Below, piece by piece: positions 63,496 to 64,000 of a stretch of 64,000 bases of DNA; position 1 is the first letter of the stretch, and every line of letters starts with the position of its first letter. The stretch lies in the NCBI GenBank assembly GCA_030650275.1, contig JAUSEK010000011.1:9890-73889 (forward strand), written 5' to 3'. The stretch is from Candidatus Omnitrophota bacterium (GTDB lineage: Bacteria; Omnitrophota; Gorgyraeia; Zapsychrales; Fredricksoniimonadaceae). The position numbers and the translations under genes were made by a program. The notes below the pieces were generated by a model. It saw only the letters and a list, made by a program, of their open reading frames with translations. It was not told the origin of the DNA and ran no database searches.

Positions 63496-64000
63496 AATAT
63501 TCTGAAAGCATACGGGACGCGCAAGCCGTGATGATGCGTCAGGACAAGCGGGTTTTTGTTTGCGGGTTAGGCGTTCCCGCCCCCGGAGAGGTGTTCGGCT
63601 CGACCAGGGGGCTGAAAGAAGAATTCGGGGACCAGCGTGTTTTTGACACCCCCGCGTCCGAGAACGGGACGTTAGGGGTACTGCTGGGAGCTTCCCTTCA
63701 GGGGATGCGTCCGATCATGGTCAATCAAAGGGTTGATTTCTTTTTGTTGGCCCTTGATCAGCTGATCAATCATGCTTCTAAATGGAAGTATATGTTCGCC
63801 GGCCGGCAGGAAATGTCCGTTTTGATCCGGCTTATTGTGGGGCGGGGATGGGGGCAAGGGCCGCAACATTCACAAAGCATGCATGCTTTGTTCGCGCATA
63901 TCCCCGGCCTTAAAGTCGCGGCACCGGCCACACCTTATGATGCCAAAGGCATGATCATTTCAGCCCTGCAGGAAGGCGGTCCGGTCGTGATGATCGAACA
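63492..64000 (+). CDS. ThDP-dependent dehydrogenase E1 beta subunit (3' truncated by window edge)
   Basis: Translated from ATG 63492: FG..RVFDTP.SEN, GMRPI, DQL.NHA, GRGWGQG.QHSQ, PYDAKG. Confidence 0.9.
   Translation, partial: MKYSESIRDAQAVMMRQDKRVFVCGLGVPAPGEVFGSTRGLKEEFGDQRVFDTPASENGTLGVLLGASLQGMRPIMVNQRVDFFLLALDQLINHASKWKYMFAGRQEMSVLIRLIVGRGWGQGPQHSQSMHALFAHIPGLKVAAPATPYDAKGMIISALQEGGPVVMIE

Noticed and set aside
62503-64000. Calling this pair pdhA/pdhB
   Set aside because: E2/E3 are not visible, and similar pairs occur in acetoin and sugar-modification clusters; substrate cannot be assigned

Overview
64-kb chromosomal window from a GC-rich diderm bacterium (LptD, LPS heptosyltransferase, TonB receptor). 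Overall gene content would fit a PVC-group lineage such as Ca. Omnitrophota, but that is an unverified impression. Nearly all genes are on the + strand. In order: leuS 3' end, endoQ-uvrD, comEA-comEC, a BrnT/A toxin-antitoxin pair, a CIRCE-controlled hrcA-grpE-dnaK-dnaJ operon, accD, an ABC ATPase, two diguanylate cyclases, a ROK kinase, lptD, a ~22-kb LPS/surface-glycan cluster, an AT-rich island (AbiE TA, truncated ArsR, TPR/beta-barrel plus acidic secreted protein, tRNA-Met-like scar), ssb, priA, fmt, tandem galT, a REP-flanked ORF6N plus HUH (RAYT-like) transposase, gap-metE, cobalamin riboswitch-btuB, metF, and an E1 alpha/beta pair. The main unexplained structure is several families of short palindromes. 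One family separates gene-sized cargo next to the HUH transposase and recurs 22 kb away around a lipoprotein pair. One is an 18-nt frame-preserving element found both in a hairpin and inside a CDS. One is a GTAG-type REP that supplies stop codons. No rRNA, intact tRNA or CRISPR array was seen. All family calls rest on motifs recognised by eye; no database was searched.
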